A DNA stretch of 64,000 nucleotides from Limisphaerales bacterium (GCA_052145735.1 JBKQOA010000010.1:38169-102168), one strand, 5' to 3'. Positions 34,542 to 43,607 are shown, counted from the stretch's first letter. Translations and numbers: made by a program. Notes: a model not told the origin generated them from the sequence alone.

Positions 34542-37322
34542 TCAACCTCCACCACCATCCTGTTGGCTGAACAAATCCATCTGTGGCGGCGGAGCGAGTT
34601 GCTTGAGTTTGTCGCGGTCCTGCTGGCGGCGCGGCTGGCGCACCGTGCCTTCGGGGGTAAGTTCGGATTCTTCGAGGTTGGCCAGAATCACCTTGGCGCG
34701 TTCCAGCACTTCCCGGGGCACGCCGGCCAGGCGCGCGACGTGGATGCCGTAACTCTTGTCCGTGCCGCCCTCGACGATTTTGCGGAGGAACACGATCTGA
34801 TCGCGCCATTCGCGCACGGCCACGTTGAAATTTTTCAATCGCGGCAGGCGCTGGGCCAGTTCGGTCAGCTCGTGGTAATGCGTGGCGAACAGGGTTTTCG
34901 CGCCGACCTGGTTGTGCAGGTGCTCCACGATGCTCCACGCGAGGCTCAGGCCGTCAAACGTGCTGGTGCCGCGCCCGATTTCGTCCAGCACAATGAGACT
35001 GCGCGGTGTGGCGTTGTTCAGGATGTTCGCCGTCTCGGTCATCTCGACCATGAACGTGGACTGCCCGCGGGTGAGATCGTCGCTGGCGCCGATGCGGGTG
35101 AAGATGCGATCCACCAGGTCAATCCGCGCCCCGGCCGCCGGCACAAACGAACCGGTATGCGCCAGCAAGGTGATGAGCGCGACCTGCCGGATATAGGTGC
35201 TCTTGCCCGCCATGTTCGGCCCGGTGATAAGCCCGATTTGGGGAAACAAGAAAGTTGTTTCCCTCGCCCCGCCTGTAGCGGGGAGAGGGTCGGGGCGAGG
35301 GGTTTGTGACTGCGCCACCCCACCCCGGCCCTCTCCCCCGCTCTGCGGCGGAGAGGGAGAAGACAATCCGCTGCCCGAAAGCCCCGCGTCATTCGGCACA
35401 AAACGCTCGTCCTGCAGGCTTTGCTCCAGAACCGGATGACGCCCGTCGCGGATTTGCAGCACGCCTTCATCGCCGACCTGCGGCCGGCAATAATTATGCA
35501 GCCGCGCGGTTTCGGCAAACGACGCCAGCACGTCGAGTTGCGCCAGCGCGGCGGCGGTCTGCTGGATTTGCGGCAGGCGGCCAAGGACTTCTTCGCGCAC
35601 GCGCTGGAACAATTCGTATTCCAATTTCACGCTGCGTTCCTCCGCGCCGAGGATTTTGCCTTCCATTTCCTTCAACTCGGGCGTGATGTAGCGCTCCCCG
35701 TTGGCGACGGTCTGTTTGCGGATGTAATGGGGCGGCACCTTGTCGAGGTTCGATTTCGTAACCTCGATGTAGTAACCGAACACGGAATTGAACCGGACCT
35801 TGAGCGAGCTGATGCCGGTGCGCCCGATTTCGTCCGCCTGCAGTTTGGCAATCCAATCCTTGCCCCCGCGCGTCGCCGCACGGAGTTCATCGAGCGCCGC
35901 ATCGAAACCATCGCGGATCATGCCGCCTTCCTTCAACGCCAGCGGCGGGTCGTCCACGATGGCCCGGGAAATCAATTCCACGAGGTCGGGCAATTCGGTG
36001 AGTTGGCTGTTCAGTTCCGCAATCAAGCCGGTGGGGCGGGCGTCCACGCGAGCCGCCGGATCATCTTGCACCGACGATGCGGCTCGCCCGGAGTCTCGCC
36101 CCACCGTTTCAAGGATCCGCTTTATCGCCGGGATTTGTTCCAATGCCATCCGCAAGACGATGAGGTCGCGGGCGTTGCCGCTGCCGGTGCTCAATCGGCC
36201 GATGGTGCGCTCCAGATCGCGCACCCGGGAAAGCTGCGCGCGAAAATCATCCAAGCCCGGGGGGGTTTCTATGAAGGTCTGCACCGCTTCCTGCCGGCGG
36301 CGAATCGGGTCCACGGCGGCCAGCGGTTGGGAAAGCCAGTTGCGCAGCATTCGCGCTCCCATCGGCGTGGCCGTGCGATTGACCGCACCATAAAGCGATG
36401 CATTGCGCTGCGCGTCGTGGTGGAGTGGTTCCAGGATTTCCAGATGGCGCAAGGTGGTGAAATCCAGCGCCAGATAATCGCTGCGGCGATAAAATGAGAG
36501 CCGCGTGAGATGTTTCACATCGCGGCGCAAATGTTGCGTCAAATAGTGCAGCGCCGCTCCCGCCGCGCCGATGGCCGCCGTGCGGTCCTTCAGCCCGAAG
36601 CCGTCCAGCGAGGCCACCTTGAAATGGTCGCGCACGGTGAACAACGCGGTCTCGGGCGCAAACGTCCAGTCGTCGTAACCGTTGACAATCCAGCCCTGCC
36701 CCGTGGCCGCGCTGGTGAAAGCGCGAATGCCGGCGACCGGCGGGGATTCCGCCGATTCACATCGGCGGCTACCAAGCAACTCGCGCACGGGTGCCGACTC
36801 GCTTGGATAAATGATTTCCGCCGGGCGCAATCGTTCCAATTCTGTCAGGAGGGCGGCTCCAGTCTCCAGTTCCGTCGTCATGAAATCGCCGGTGGTCAGG
36901 TCCACCAGCGCGAGGCCGAAGGCTTTTCCGCTTGGATAAACCGCGGCAAGGAAGTTGTTCCGTTCCGCCACCAGCATCCGCTCATCGAAATGGGTGCCGG
37001 GGCTGAGGATTTGAGTCACCTCGCGTTTGACGAGTTTGCCGGGCCGGGCATCCTCCAGTTGATCGCAGATGGCGACCTTGCGGCCGGCCTTGAGCAACCG
37101 GCCGATGTAGGCAGGGGCGGCGTGATGCGGCAGGCCGCACATGGGCACGCCGTTGCGGGCCGTGAGGGCGAGGTTGAGGATCTGCGCGCCGGTCTGCGCG
37201 TCCTCGAAGAACATCTCGTAAAAATCCCCGAGCCGGAACAGCAACAACGCGTCCCTGGGCAGCTCGCCTTTGATCCGGCGATACTGCGTCATCATGGGCG
37301 TGAGTTGGGTTTCGGCGGCCAT
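34542..37322 (-). CDS. mutS: DNA mismatch repair protein MutS
   Basis: 926 aa. TPMMTQYRRIKGE N-terminus, ITGPNMAGKSTYIRQ Walker A, and DEIGRGTSTFDG. Confidence 0.95.
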   Translation of the reverse strand: MAAETQLTPMMTQYRRIKGELPRDALLLFRLGDFYEMFFEDAQTGAQILNLALTARNGVPMCGLPHHAAPAYIGRLLKAGRKVAICDQLEDARPGKLVKREVTQILSPGTHFDERMLVAERNNFLAAVYPSGKAFGLALVDLTTGDFMTTELETGAALLTELERLRPAEIIYPSESAPVRELLGSRRCESAESPPVAGIRAFTSAATGQGWIVNGYDDWTFAPETALFTVRDHFKVASLDGFGLKDRTAAIGAAGAALHYLTQHLRRDVKHLTRLSFYRRSDYLALDFTTLRHLEILEPLHHDAQRNASLYGAVNRTATPMGARMLRNWLSQPLAAVDPIRRRQEAVQTFIETPPGLDDFRAQLSRVRDLERTIGRLSTGSGNARDLIVLRMALEQIPAIKRILETVGRDSGRAASSVQDDPAARVDARPTGLIAELNSQLTELPDLVELISRAIVDDPPLALKEGGMIRDGFDAALDELRAATRGGKDWIAKLQADEIGRTGISSLKVRFNSVFGYYIEVTKSNLDKVPPHYIRKQTVANGERYITPELKEMEGKILGAEERSVKLEYELFQRVREEVLGRLPQIQQTAAALAQLDVLASFAETARLHNYCRPQVGDEGVLQIRDGRHPVLEQSLQDERFVPNDAGLSGSGLSSPSPPQSGGEGRGGVAQSQTPRPDPLPATGGARETTFLFPQIGLITGPNMAGKSTYIRQVALITLLAHTGSFVPAAGARIDLVDRIFTRIGASDDLTRGQSTFMVEMTETANILNNATPRSLIVLDEIGRGTSTFDGLSLAWSIVEHLHNQVGAKTLFATHYHELTELAQRLPRLKNFNVAVREWRDQIVFLRKIVEGGTDKSYGIHVARLAGVPREVLERAKVILANLEESELTPEGTVRQPRRQQDRDKLKQLAPPPQMDLFSQQDGGGG
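35241..35378. repeat. in-frame ~138-nt GC-rich palindromic insertion in mutS, just before the Walker A codons
   Basis: Hairpins gaaacaa-gaaag-ttgtttc, ccctcgccccg ... cggggcgaggg (11-bp perfect), ccctcgcc..ggagaggg and ccctctcc-cccgctctgcggc-ggagaggg. Encodes SGSGLSSPSPPQSGGEGRGGVAQSQTPRPDPLPATGGARETTFLFP between FVPNDAGL and QIGLITGPNMAGKS. Confidence 0.7.
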
Positions 37323-37384
37323 CGGTGGAAAGTTATGCCGGAACGCTCACCAGGTCGAAACGAATTTGCTCACAACCGGGACGG

Positions 37385-38293
37385 TCACCGTTCATCCGGC
37401 TCGATATGCAGCTGGCCGGCCCGTTCGAGCCGCAAAATCTCCGCGCTGTAACCCTTCCGAAAATTCGGATACTTGAACTGATAGCCGAGCTCCATTTTCA
37501 ACCGGCGATTGGACACACGCTTGTTGGTAACGCCGCGTTTGCGGTTTCCGTCGGGATTTTCGGGTTCGGACGGCGGCGGATATTTGCCGACGGTGCCGGC
37601 CAGCCACTGGAAAAAGTTCGCCTGGGTCACCGGTTCATCGTCCACGGCGTTGTAAATTTCACCGGGCCGCCCGCTCTTCAACGCCGCGATGATGCCGCCG
37701 ATCAAATCGTCGCGGTGAATCATGTTCAGGTAGCGCGAGCCGTCGCCTTCGATGAGCGCCTCGTTCTTCAGGAATTGCTTGAACCAGTGGCCGCGGTCGG
37801 GTCCGTAAATGCCGGCCACGCGCAAAATCACTGCCGGGAACTTTTTCTCCCGCGCCGCCGCCAACAAGACATTTTCCGTTTCGAGCAGGACCTTCGCCGT
37901 TTCCACGAGCGGCTCGGCGGGGCTGGATTCCTTGACCGGCGAACCATCGGTCTGGCCGTAAACGCTCGTGCTGCTGGTATAAACGAATTTTTTCGGCGGG
38001 CCGGCCCCCAGCCATTCAATCAGGTGGCAGGTGCCCTGGAGATAAACCTGCCGGTAATTTTCCGCGTCCCCGCCCGCCGCGACGCAATTCACCACCCAAT
38101 CAAATTCGCGCGGCAGCCCGGCCAGCGTTTCCGGCCGGGTCACGTCGCCGAACAACGGCCGGATGCCGGCCGCTTTCAATTCGCCTTCCGCCGTGGAACT
38201 CCGGCGCAGGCCAAAAACTTCGTGGCCGAAACGGACAAGTTCCGCCCCGAGGGGCAATCCCACATAACCACAGCCGACAATCAAGACGCGCAT
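37385..38293 (-). CDS. NAD-dependent epimerase/dehydratase family (SDR) protein
   Basis: MRVLIVGCGYVGLPLGAELVRFGHEVFGLRRS Rossmann N-terminus. 302 aa. Confidence 0.8.
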   Translation of the reverse strand: MRVLIVGCGYVGLPLGAELVRFGHEVFGLRRSSTAEGELKAAGIRPLFGDVTRPETLAGLPREFDWVVNCVAAGGDAENYRQVYLQGTCHLIEWLGAGPPKKFVYTSSTSVYGQTDGSPVKESSPAEPLVETAKVLLETENVLLAAAREKKFPAVILRVAGIYGPDRGHWFKQFLKNEALIEGDGSRYLNMIHRDDLIGGIIAALKSGRPGEIYNAVDDEPVTQANFFQWLAGTVGKYPPPSEPENPDGNRKRGVTNKRVSNRRLKMELGYQFKYPNFRKGYSAEILRLERAGQLHIEPDER

Positions 38294-38378
38294 CGGGATT
38301 TACGATATACGATTTACGATGGACGCGCTGCTCGAATTTTACCAAACGCGTAAATCCAATATCGCAAATCGCAAATGG
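38294..38378. repeat. heptamer-repeat hairpin element filling the ppx / SDR spacer
   Basis: tacgata/tacgatt/tacgatg at 38301-38321 and atcgcaa/atcgcaa/atgg at 38361-38377. The arms are near reverse complements. The central acgcg...cgcgt also pairs. Confidence 0.65.
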
Positions 38379-38379
38379 C

Positions 38380-39327
38380 TCAGTCCATCACCGCCGCGAA
38401 ACGCAGGCCGCGGGTGCTGATGCGAAGTTGTCCGAAACCAAATTCCTCCATGACCGCTTCGTAAATCGCGACGCCGGTGAGGATCACGTCCGCGCGCAAT
38501 TTCGGCAGGCCAACGATTTCCTTGCGCTCCTCCAATGGCCGGCTCCACAGGCGCTTCCGGTGCGCGACCACCTGCTGGAAACCCAGGCGAGTGGCCTCGA
38601 TGCGTTCGCGGTCAAAGCGATCCAGCCTGTTCTCAATCCGCGCGAGGATGGTGGCCGTGCCGCCGGTGCCGACCAGTTGAATTTCCCCGGATGAGCCGCG
38701 GGCTTCGCGCCGCAGGGCGGGATCAATCCGGGGCCGGACTTCGGTCTGCAGTAAATGTTTCAACCAGTCACGGCAGGCGGTGAATTCCCCGCGCGTGGGC
38801 GGATCGCTATGCGGAAACTTCTCCATGAGCCGCACTGTGCCCAGCGGGAAACTGCGCGCGAAATGCTTGTGCTCGCCCTGGCCGAGGATGAATTCCGTGC
38901 TGCCGCCGCCGACATCCAGCAACAGCAACGGCTCCCGCGCCAGTTCCGGGTCGGTCGTCACGCCCTGAAACACCCATTCGGCTTCCCGCTCGCCGGAGAT
39001 GATTTCCACCTTGAGATCGGAGGCGCGTTCGATGGCCGAGGTCAGGTCGCCCGGGTTCACCGCGTCGCGCGCGGCGCTGGTGGCGATGACGCGGATGGAC
39101 GCGGAATTTTTTTCGCGCGCCGTGTTGGCAAATTCCCAGACGGCTTCGGCGGTATGCGCAATGTTGTCGGGCTGGAGCCGGTGGGTTTCATAGAAGCCCC
39201 GGCCGAGCCGCGTCTGGCGGCTTTCCTCGTGAACGGGACGCACATCACGCCCCGACACGTCGGCCACCAACAGTTTGATCGAGTTGGTCCCGACATCGAT
39301 GACGGCGCGGCGGACTGGTTGCATCAT
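38380..39327 (-). CDS. ppx: exopolyphosphatase / guanosine pentaphosphate phosphohydrolase family
   Basis: ATG at 39327 (MMQPVRRAVIDVGTNSIKLLVADV). Ppx/GppA actin-like ATPase fold motifs (DVGGGSTEF). Confidence 0.87.
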   Translation of the reverse strand: MMQPVRRAVIDVGTNSIKLLVADVSGRDVRPVHEESRQTRLGRGFYETHRLQPDNIAHTAEAVWEFANTAREKNSASIRVIATSAARDAVNPGDLTSAIERASDLKVEIISGEREAEWVFQGVTTDPELAREPLLLLDVGGGSTEFILGQGEHKHFARSFPLGTVRLMEKFPHSDPPTRGEFTACRDWLKHLLQTEVRPRIDPALRREARGSSGEIQLVGTGGTATILARIENRLDRFDRERIEATRLGFQQVVAHRKRLWSRPLEERKEIVGLPKLRADVILTGVAIYEAVMEEFGFGQLRISTRGLRFAAVMD

Positions 39328-39511
39328 GGGCGCGCCCAGATTATGCGGCGCGGTCGGGCGTGCCCAAGCGAAAAAGACACGCCGGCCGGCGGACGATTTG
39401 ACCGGCAACCGTGAAATTTGCTTGCCCGGCAGGATTTGTCACCGGATTGTAACCTTCGACCGGCAGGGACAAATCTATCCTGCGGATGTTTGCCTCCCTG
39501 CGGACGACGAC

Positions 39512-40459
39512 ATGAGCCGGTTCAAAGCAAAGCATCTTTTAAATCGTGACGGGCGCCGGCAAGGCCGGGCGGACGCCAGCCCGCCTCCGACCGGCGACGT
39601 GCTTCAGCATCTCGGTGATTCGTTGGCGGCGCGGTGGCGGCGTTATCGCAAGCGGTTGAAACGCTGCCAGCAGCACTTTTCCGAGGATGCCGTGCATGCC
39701 TCGCGTGTGGAAACCCGCCGGCTGCTCTCGACCCTCGAGTTGCTCGGCGCGTTCATCCCCGGGCGCAACCTCCGGAAGGCCCGCCGCGCGCTCAAGCGTC
39801 ACCTTGACACGTTCGATCAACTCCGCGATACGCAGGTCCAATTGACCTACGTGGGGCGGATGGCGGGCACGTTCCCCGATGCCTGGCCTTTTCATGACTG
39901 GTTGCGGGACCGCAAAACGCACTTCACCCGCAAAACCCGCAAGGCCGTCAAGCATATCCAGACCAAACGCCTGGGTCGGCGTCTGGCGGTATTGGAAAAG
40001 GAAATCCGCCGCCAACGCAAACAGATTACGCGCGGACAGGCCTTCGCGATGGTCCAGCGCGCCATTAACCAGGCGTTTGTCCGGGTGGCGCGGCTTTGCC
40101 GGCAGGTGCGGGCCGGCGACACCAGGACCATTCACCGCACGCGGATTGCGTTCAAACGTTTCCGTTACATGGTTGAAGCCATGGCGCCCCTGTTGCCCGC
40201 CGTCACGCAGGAGCATCACCGCGCCATGCGCGGTTATCAATGCATGATGGGCGACATCCAGGACATGGAAGTCCTGCTGGCGGCGTTGGACAAATTCGTG
40301 CGCACGGAGGCGGTGAATCTCGCGTCGGCCCGGCGATTGAAACGGGAACTGATGCGCTGGCGCCAGATGCTGATCCAGATCTACCTGAATGCGGCCGGCC
40401 GGTTGCAACGCTTCTGGCCGCCGCCGGAATCCGGAAGACAAACACCCAGGCATAAATAA
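39512..40459 (+). CDS. CHAD domain protein
   Basis: ATG at 39512. Repeated basic helices with VHASRVETRRLLSTLELL and IHRTRIAFKRFRYMVEAM, typical of the CHAD pattern. Confidence 0.75.
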   Translation: MSRFKAKHLLNRDGRRQGRADASPPPTGDVLQHLGDSLAARWRRYRKRLKRCQQHFSEDAVHASRVETRRLLSTLELLGAFIPGRNLRKARRALKRHLDTFDQLRDTQVQLTYVGRMAGTFPDAWPFHDWLRDRKTHFTRKTRKAVKHIQTKRLGRRLAVLEKEIRRQRKQITRGQAFAMVQRAINQAFVRVARLCRQVRAGDTRTIHRTRIAFKRFRYMVEAMAPLLPAVTQEHHRAMRGYQCMMGDIQDMEVLLAALDKFVRTEAVNLASARRLKRELMRWRQMLIQIYLNAAGRLQRFWPPPESGRQTPRHK

Positions 40460-40461
40460 TC

Positions 40462-40965
40462 ATGAATCTTTACCTGTTCCGCCACGGCATCGCCGTCGAG
40501 CCCGGCATGGCCGCTTACGAATTGGATTCCGAGCGTCCCCTCACCGCCAGGGGCAAAAACCGTTTGCGCATCGCCGCCCGGGCCATGGAGGAATTGGGGC
40601 TGTCCTTTGACCTGATCCTCTCGAGCCCGTTTTTGCGGGCGAAGCAGACCGCCGAGATCATTGCCAAAGACCTCAAGTTGCGGAAAAAACTGGCCTTCTC
40701 CGACGACCTGACACCCGCCGGCAATCCGCGGTTGCTGATTCAACAGTTGAATCAATTCCGGCCCGAACCGGAGAGCGTTCTGCTGGTCGGCCACGAACCG
40801 TACCTGGGCAAGCTCCTTGCGCTGCTGGCTGCGGGCAACACCAGCCTGGAGATTGATTTCAAGAAGGGCGGTTTGTGCAAATTGGAGGCGGAATTCCTGC
40901 TGTATGGCCGCTGCGCGAAACTGGTGTGGCTGCTCACCCCGCGGCAGATGGAAATGATGGTGTGA
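40462..40965 (+). CDS. sixA: phosphohistidine phosphatase SixA
   Basis: MNLYLFRHGIAVE...RPLTARGK...LLVGHEPYLG histidine-phosphatase motifs. 167 aa. Confidence 0.85.
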   Translation: MNLYLFRHGIAVEPGMAAYELDSERPLTARGKNRLRIAARAMEELGLSFDLILSSPFLRAKQTAEIIAKDLKLRKKLAFSDDLTPAGNPRLLIQQLNQFRPEPESVLLVGHEPYLGKLLALLAAGNTSLEIDFKKGGLCKLEAEFLLYGRCAKLVWLLTPRQMEMMV

Positions 40966-40970
40966 CGCAG

Positions 40971-41351
40971 TCAGCCGACGCGGAACGAAATCCGCCGGAT
41001 CAAATCCCGCCCAAAACTGTATTGCAACCGGTCGAGGATTTCCTTCCGGCGATAACGGACAATTTCCGAAAGCCACACGCTGCTGTCCACGTTCACGAAC
41101 AGCGTGCCGTTCCGGATGCCCGCCGGCTGCGCGTGCGCGACAATGTCCGGCTCAATCAGGGAATTCCACACCTTGGTGATTTCCGCCTCGGCCCGGCGCT
41201 GGTCCAGATGCAGGTCCTGCGCCACGCGCGGCAGCACGTCGGCAACGTGGCGCGCCCGCACCGCCTGTGCGCTTTCCAGCGGGGCAAGATCCACCCCGCG
41301 CCATTGCGCCAACACCCGCTGGCGGGAGGAAATTTTTCTGGACGGCGGCAT
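40971..41351 (-). CDS. DUF721 / DciA-like protein
   Basis: 126 aa. ITKVWNSLIEPDIVAHAQPAGIRNGTLFVNVDSSVWLSEIVRYRRKEILDRL matches the DUF721 pattern. Confidence 0.7.
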   Translation of the reverse strand: MPPSRKISSRQRVLAQWRGVDLAPLESAQAVRARHVADVLPRVAQDLHLDQRRAEAEITKVWNSLIEPDIVAHAQPAGIRNGTLFVNVDSSVWLSEIVRYRRKEILDRLQYSFGRDLIRRISFRVG

Positions 41352-41466
41352 GGCCCGGAAATCTTCGGTGGAACCGGCCGGGAAAGCAAGCCGGCAGGGC
41401 GCTGTTTACCTTTCCTCGCCGGGGTTCGGTGTCAGTGCCCCGGTATTTTACGCTTGCCAATTTAAG

Positions 41467-41481
41467 CTTTGTAATGCAAAG
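41467..41481 (+). promoter_or_regulatory. 15-nt palindromic motif CTTTGTAATGCAAAG (candidate operator, site 1)
   Basis: Ends 8 nt before the ATG of the membrane-protein / HTH pair. Shares the pattern CTTTGTA-NNN-CAAAG and the following T(T)AATT with site 2. Confidence 0.4.
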
Positions 41482-41489
41482 TAATTGAC

Positions 41490-42101
41490 ATGGACTCAAA
41501 CTGGGCCGCCGAACATCTTCAAACCATCCGCACCTTGATGGAACGTTCCGCCGTGTACCGGCGGGCGCTCGCACCGATCATGCTGTTCGCCGGCGTCATG
41601 GGCGTTGCGGCCGCCTTCGTGGGTCTTTGGTTTCGGCTGGATTCGATGGCCGCCTTTGGAGCCTTGTGGCTGGGCACCGCCGCCCTCGTTGTCGCTGGCG
41701 CGTTTCTCATCGCCCGGCGGCAGGCGCTCAAGGATCATGAGCCATTTTGGTCCCTGCCGACGCGGCGGGTGACCCAGGCTTTGCTGCCGCCGTTGACGGC
41801 TGGAATGGTTCTGGGTCTGGCGTTCGTGTTCGTCGGGCTGGCCAATGCGGTTGCTTTGACGTTTATCTGGCTGCTGTTTTACGGTTGCGCTCTGCACGCG
41901 TCGGGTTTTTTCATGCCTCGCGGCATGAAATGGTTTGGATGGATATATATTGGACTAGCCTGCGTAACCTTGGTTGTTTTGGTCGTTATCCGACCGGCCA
42001 GGCTCAACGCTCACTGGCTCATGGGCCTCTTCTTCGGCGTGCTGCATCTGGCTTATGGCGCATACCTGTACCTGACCGAAAAAGGAAAGAATCCGGCGTG
42101 A
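41490..42101 (+). CDS. hypothetical membrane protein (about five TM segments)
   Basis: 203-aa hydrophobic ORF. Its stop overlaps the GTG start of the downstream HTH gene (GTGA). Confidence 0.5.
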   Translation: MDSNWAAEHLQTIRTLMERSAVYRRALAPIMLFAGVMGVAAAFVGLWFRLDSMAAFGALWLGTAALVVAGAFLIARRQALKDHEPFWSLPTRRVTQALLPPLTAGMVLGLAFVFVGLANAVALTFIWLLFYGCALHASGFFMPRGMKWFGWIYIGLACVTLVVLVVIRPARLNAHWLMGLFFGVLHLAYGAYLYLTEKGKNPA

Positions 42102-42403
42102 ATCCGGAACTGCTTCTACAGCTCGACCGCGTGATCCACGAGAAGGGCCGGCTGGCCATCATGTCGATGCTCGCCGCCTCGCCGGAACTGTCGTTCACCG
42201 AGTTGCGCGACGCGCTGGCCATGACCGACGGCAACCTCACCACCCACATCCGCGCGCTGCAACAGGAAGGCTACGTGGCCGTGGCCAAATCGTACCAGAA
42301 AAACCGGCCGCTCACGACCTGCTCGCTCACCCCCGCCGGCCGCAAGGCCTTCGCTGAATACATCAACCTGCTGGAACAGATTGTCCGGCAGAACAAAAAG
42401 TAA
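42098..42403 (+). CDS. small winged-helix transcriptional regulator (HTH_34/ArsR-like)
   Basis: GTG at 42098 preceded by aaagga. LDRVIHEKGRLAIMSMLAASPELSFTELRDALAMTDGNLTTHIRALQQEGYV is the winged-helix pattern. Confidence 0.7.
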   Translation: MNPELLLQLDRVIHEKGRLAIMSMLAASPELSFTELRDALAMTDGNLTTHIRALQQEGYVAVAKSYQKNRPLTTCSLTPAGRKAFAEYINLLEQIVRQNKK

Positions 42404-42442
42404 AAAATGTTTTGAACAGCTTAAAATCTTCACGGTCTTTTA

Positions 42443-42457
42443 CTTTGTATCACAAAG
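42443..42457 (+). promoter_or_regulatory. 15-nt palindromic motif CTTTGTATCACAAAG (candidate operator, site 2)
   Basis: Lies 19 nt upstream of the ispH ATG. Arms ctttgt/acaaag. Confidence 0.4.
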
Positions 42458-42476
42458 TTAATTTGCCGGAGCCAAT

Positions 42477-43361
42477 ATGAAAATCATCCAGGCCGAACAT
42501 CGGGGCATGTGTTTTGGGGTGAAGGACGCCATCGCGCTGGCGCTGGAGGCCGCCAAACACCGCCCGCTCACCATCCTGGGCGACCTCGTCCACAACGGAA
42601 CCGTGCTGGCGGAATTGCGCGCCCAGGGCATCCGCATTGAGCAACGGCCGGCCGAAGTCGGAACCCGGACGGTAATGATCACGGCGCATGGTGCCTCGGA
42701 ACGCGCGATGGCTGAAGCGCGCGGACGCGGCCTGAACGTGATTGAAGCCACCTGTCCGCTGGTCCGGCTCGCCCACCGCAGCCTGGCGAAACTTGTGCGC
42801 GAAGGCTGCCACCCGGTCGTCATTGGCAAGCGCGACCATGTGGAGGTGCGCGGTTTGACGGGCGACCTCGATGAATTTGACGTGGTGTTGGAGGCGGGGG
42901 ACGTCGCCGCGCTGCGCGAACGGCCGCGATTTGGCGTCGTTACCCAGACCACCCAGCCGGTTGACAAGGTCCGGCAGCTCGTGCGGCTGATGCGCGAACG
43001 GTTTCCCAAATCGGAGGTCCGCCTGGTGGACACCGTCTGCCAGCCGACAAAACAGCGGCAGCATGCGGCTGTTGAACTTGCCCAAAAATGCGACGTGGTT
43101 GTCGTCATCGGCGGGGCCCATAGCAACAACACGCAGGAACTGGTCAAAACGTGCGCCCGTTTTTGCGCCCGGGTCCATCATGTCCAGACCGCTGCTGACC
43201 TGCGCGAAGAATGGTTTGACCCCGCCGACATCGTGGGGATTACGGCGGGCACCTCCACCCCGGACCCGATCATTGCCCGGGTGGAACAGGTGCTTCATGA
43301 CCTGGCCGACCAGAGCGCCGAGGCCCGGCTGGAGACGGTTGGCAGTGCAATCCAAAAGTAA
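42477..43361 (+). CDS. ispH: 4-hydroxy-3-methylbut-2-enyl diphosphate reductase
   Basis: 294 aa. MKIIQAEHRGMCFGVKDAI, ATCPLV and the TVCQPT cysteine motifs of IspH/LytB. Confidence 0.93.
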   Translation: MKIIQAEHRGMCFGVKDAIALALEAAKHRPLTILGDLVHNGTVLAELRAQGIRIEQRPAEVGTRTVMITAHGASERAMAEARGRGLNVIEATCPLVRLAHRSLAKLVREGCHPVVIGKRDHVEVRGLTGDLDEFDVVLEAGDVAALRERPRFGVVTQTTQPVDKVRQLVRLMRERFPKSEVRLVDTVCQPTKQRQHAAVELAQKCDVVVVIGGAHSNNTQELVKTCARFCARVHHVQTAADLREEWFDPADIVGITAGTSTPDPIIARVEQVLHDLADQSAEARLETVGSAIQK

Positions 43362-43374
43362 AAAGGGAACAACG

Positions 43375-43602
43375 ATGAAAACAACCTGGTTCAAACGTTG
43401 GGGCTGGTTTTACCTCCCTGTTTCACTGCCGGGAATTATCATCACCCTGGCGGCACTGGCATTTTGTGCGCAGGTGTTCCGGGCCATTGACCGGCATTCA
43501 CATTCGGTCAGCGACACGCTGTACGGGGTGTTTCCGTTCTTTGCCTGTTGCTTTTTACTGTTCGATTGGATTGCCCGGAGAACCAGCCGCCCACCGGATT
43601 AA
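43375..43602 (+). CDS. small hypothetical two-TM membrane protein
   Basis: ATG at 43375, 13 nt after the ispH stop. MKTTWFKRWGWFYLPVSLPGIIITLAALAFCAQVF...VFPFFACCFLLFDWI. Confidence 0.4.
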   Translation: MKTTWFKRWGWFYLPVSLPGIIITLAALAFCAQVFRAIDRHSHSVSDTLYGVFPFFACCFLLFDWIARRTSRPPD

Positions 43603-43607
43603 GTCGC

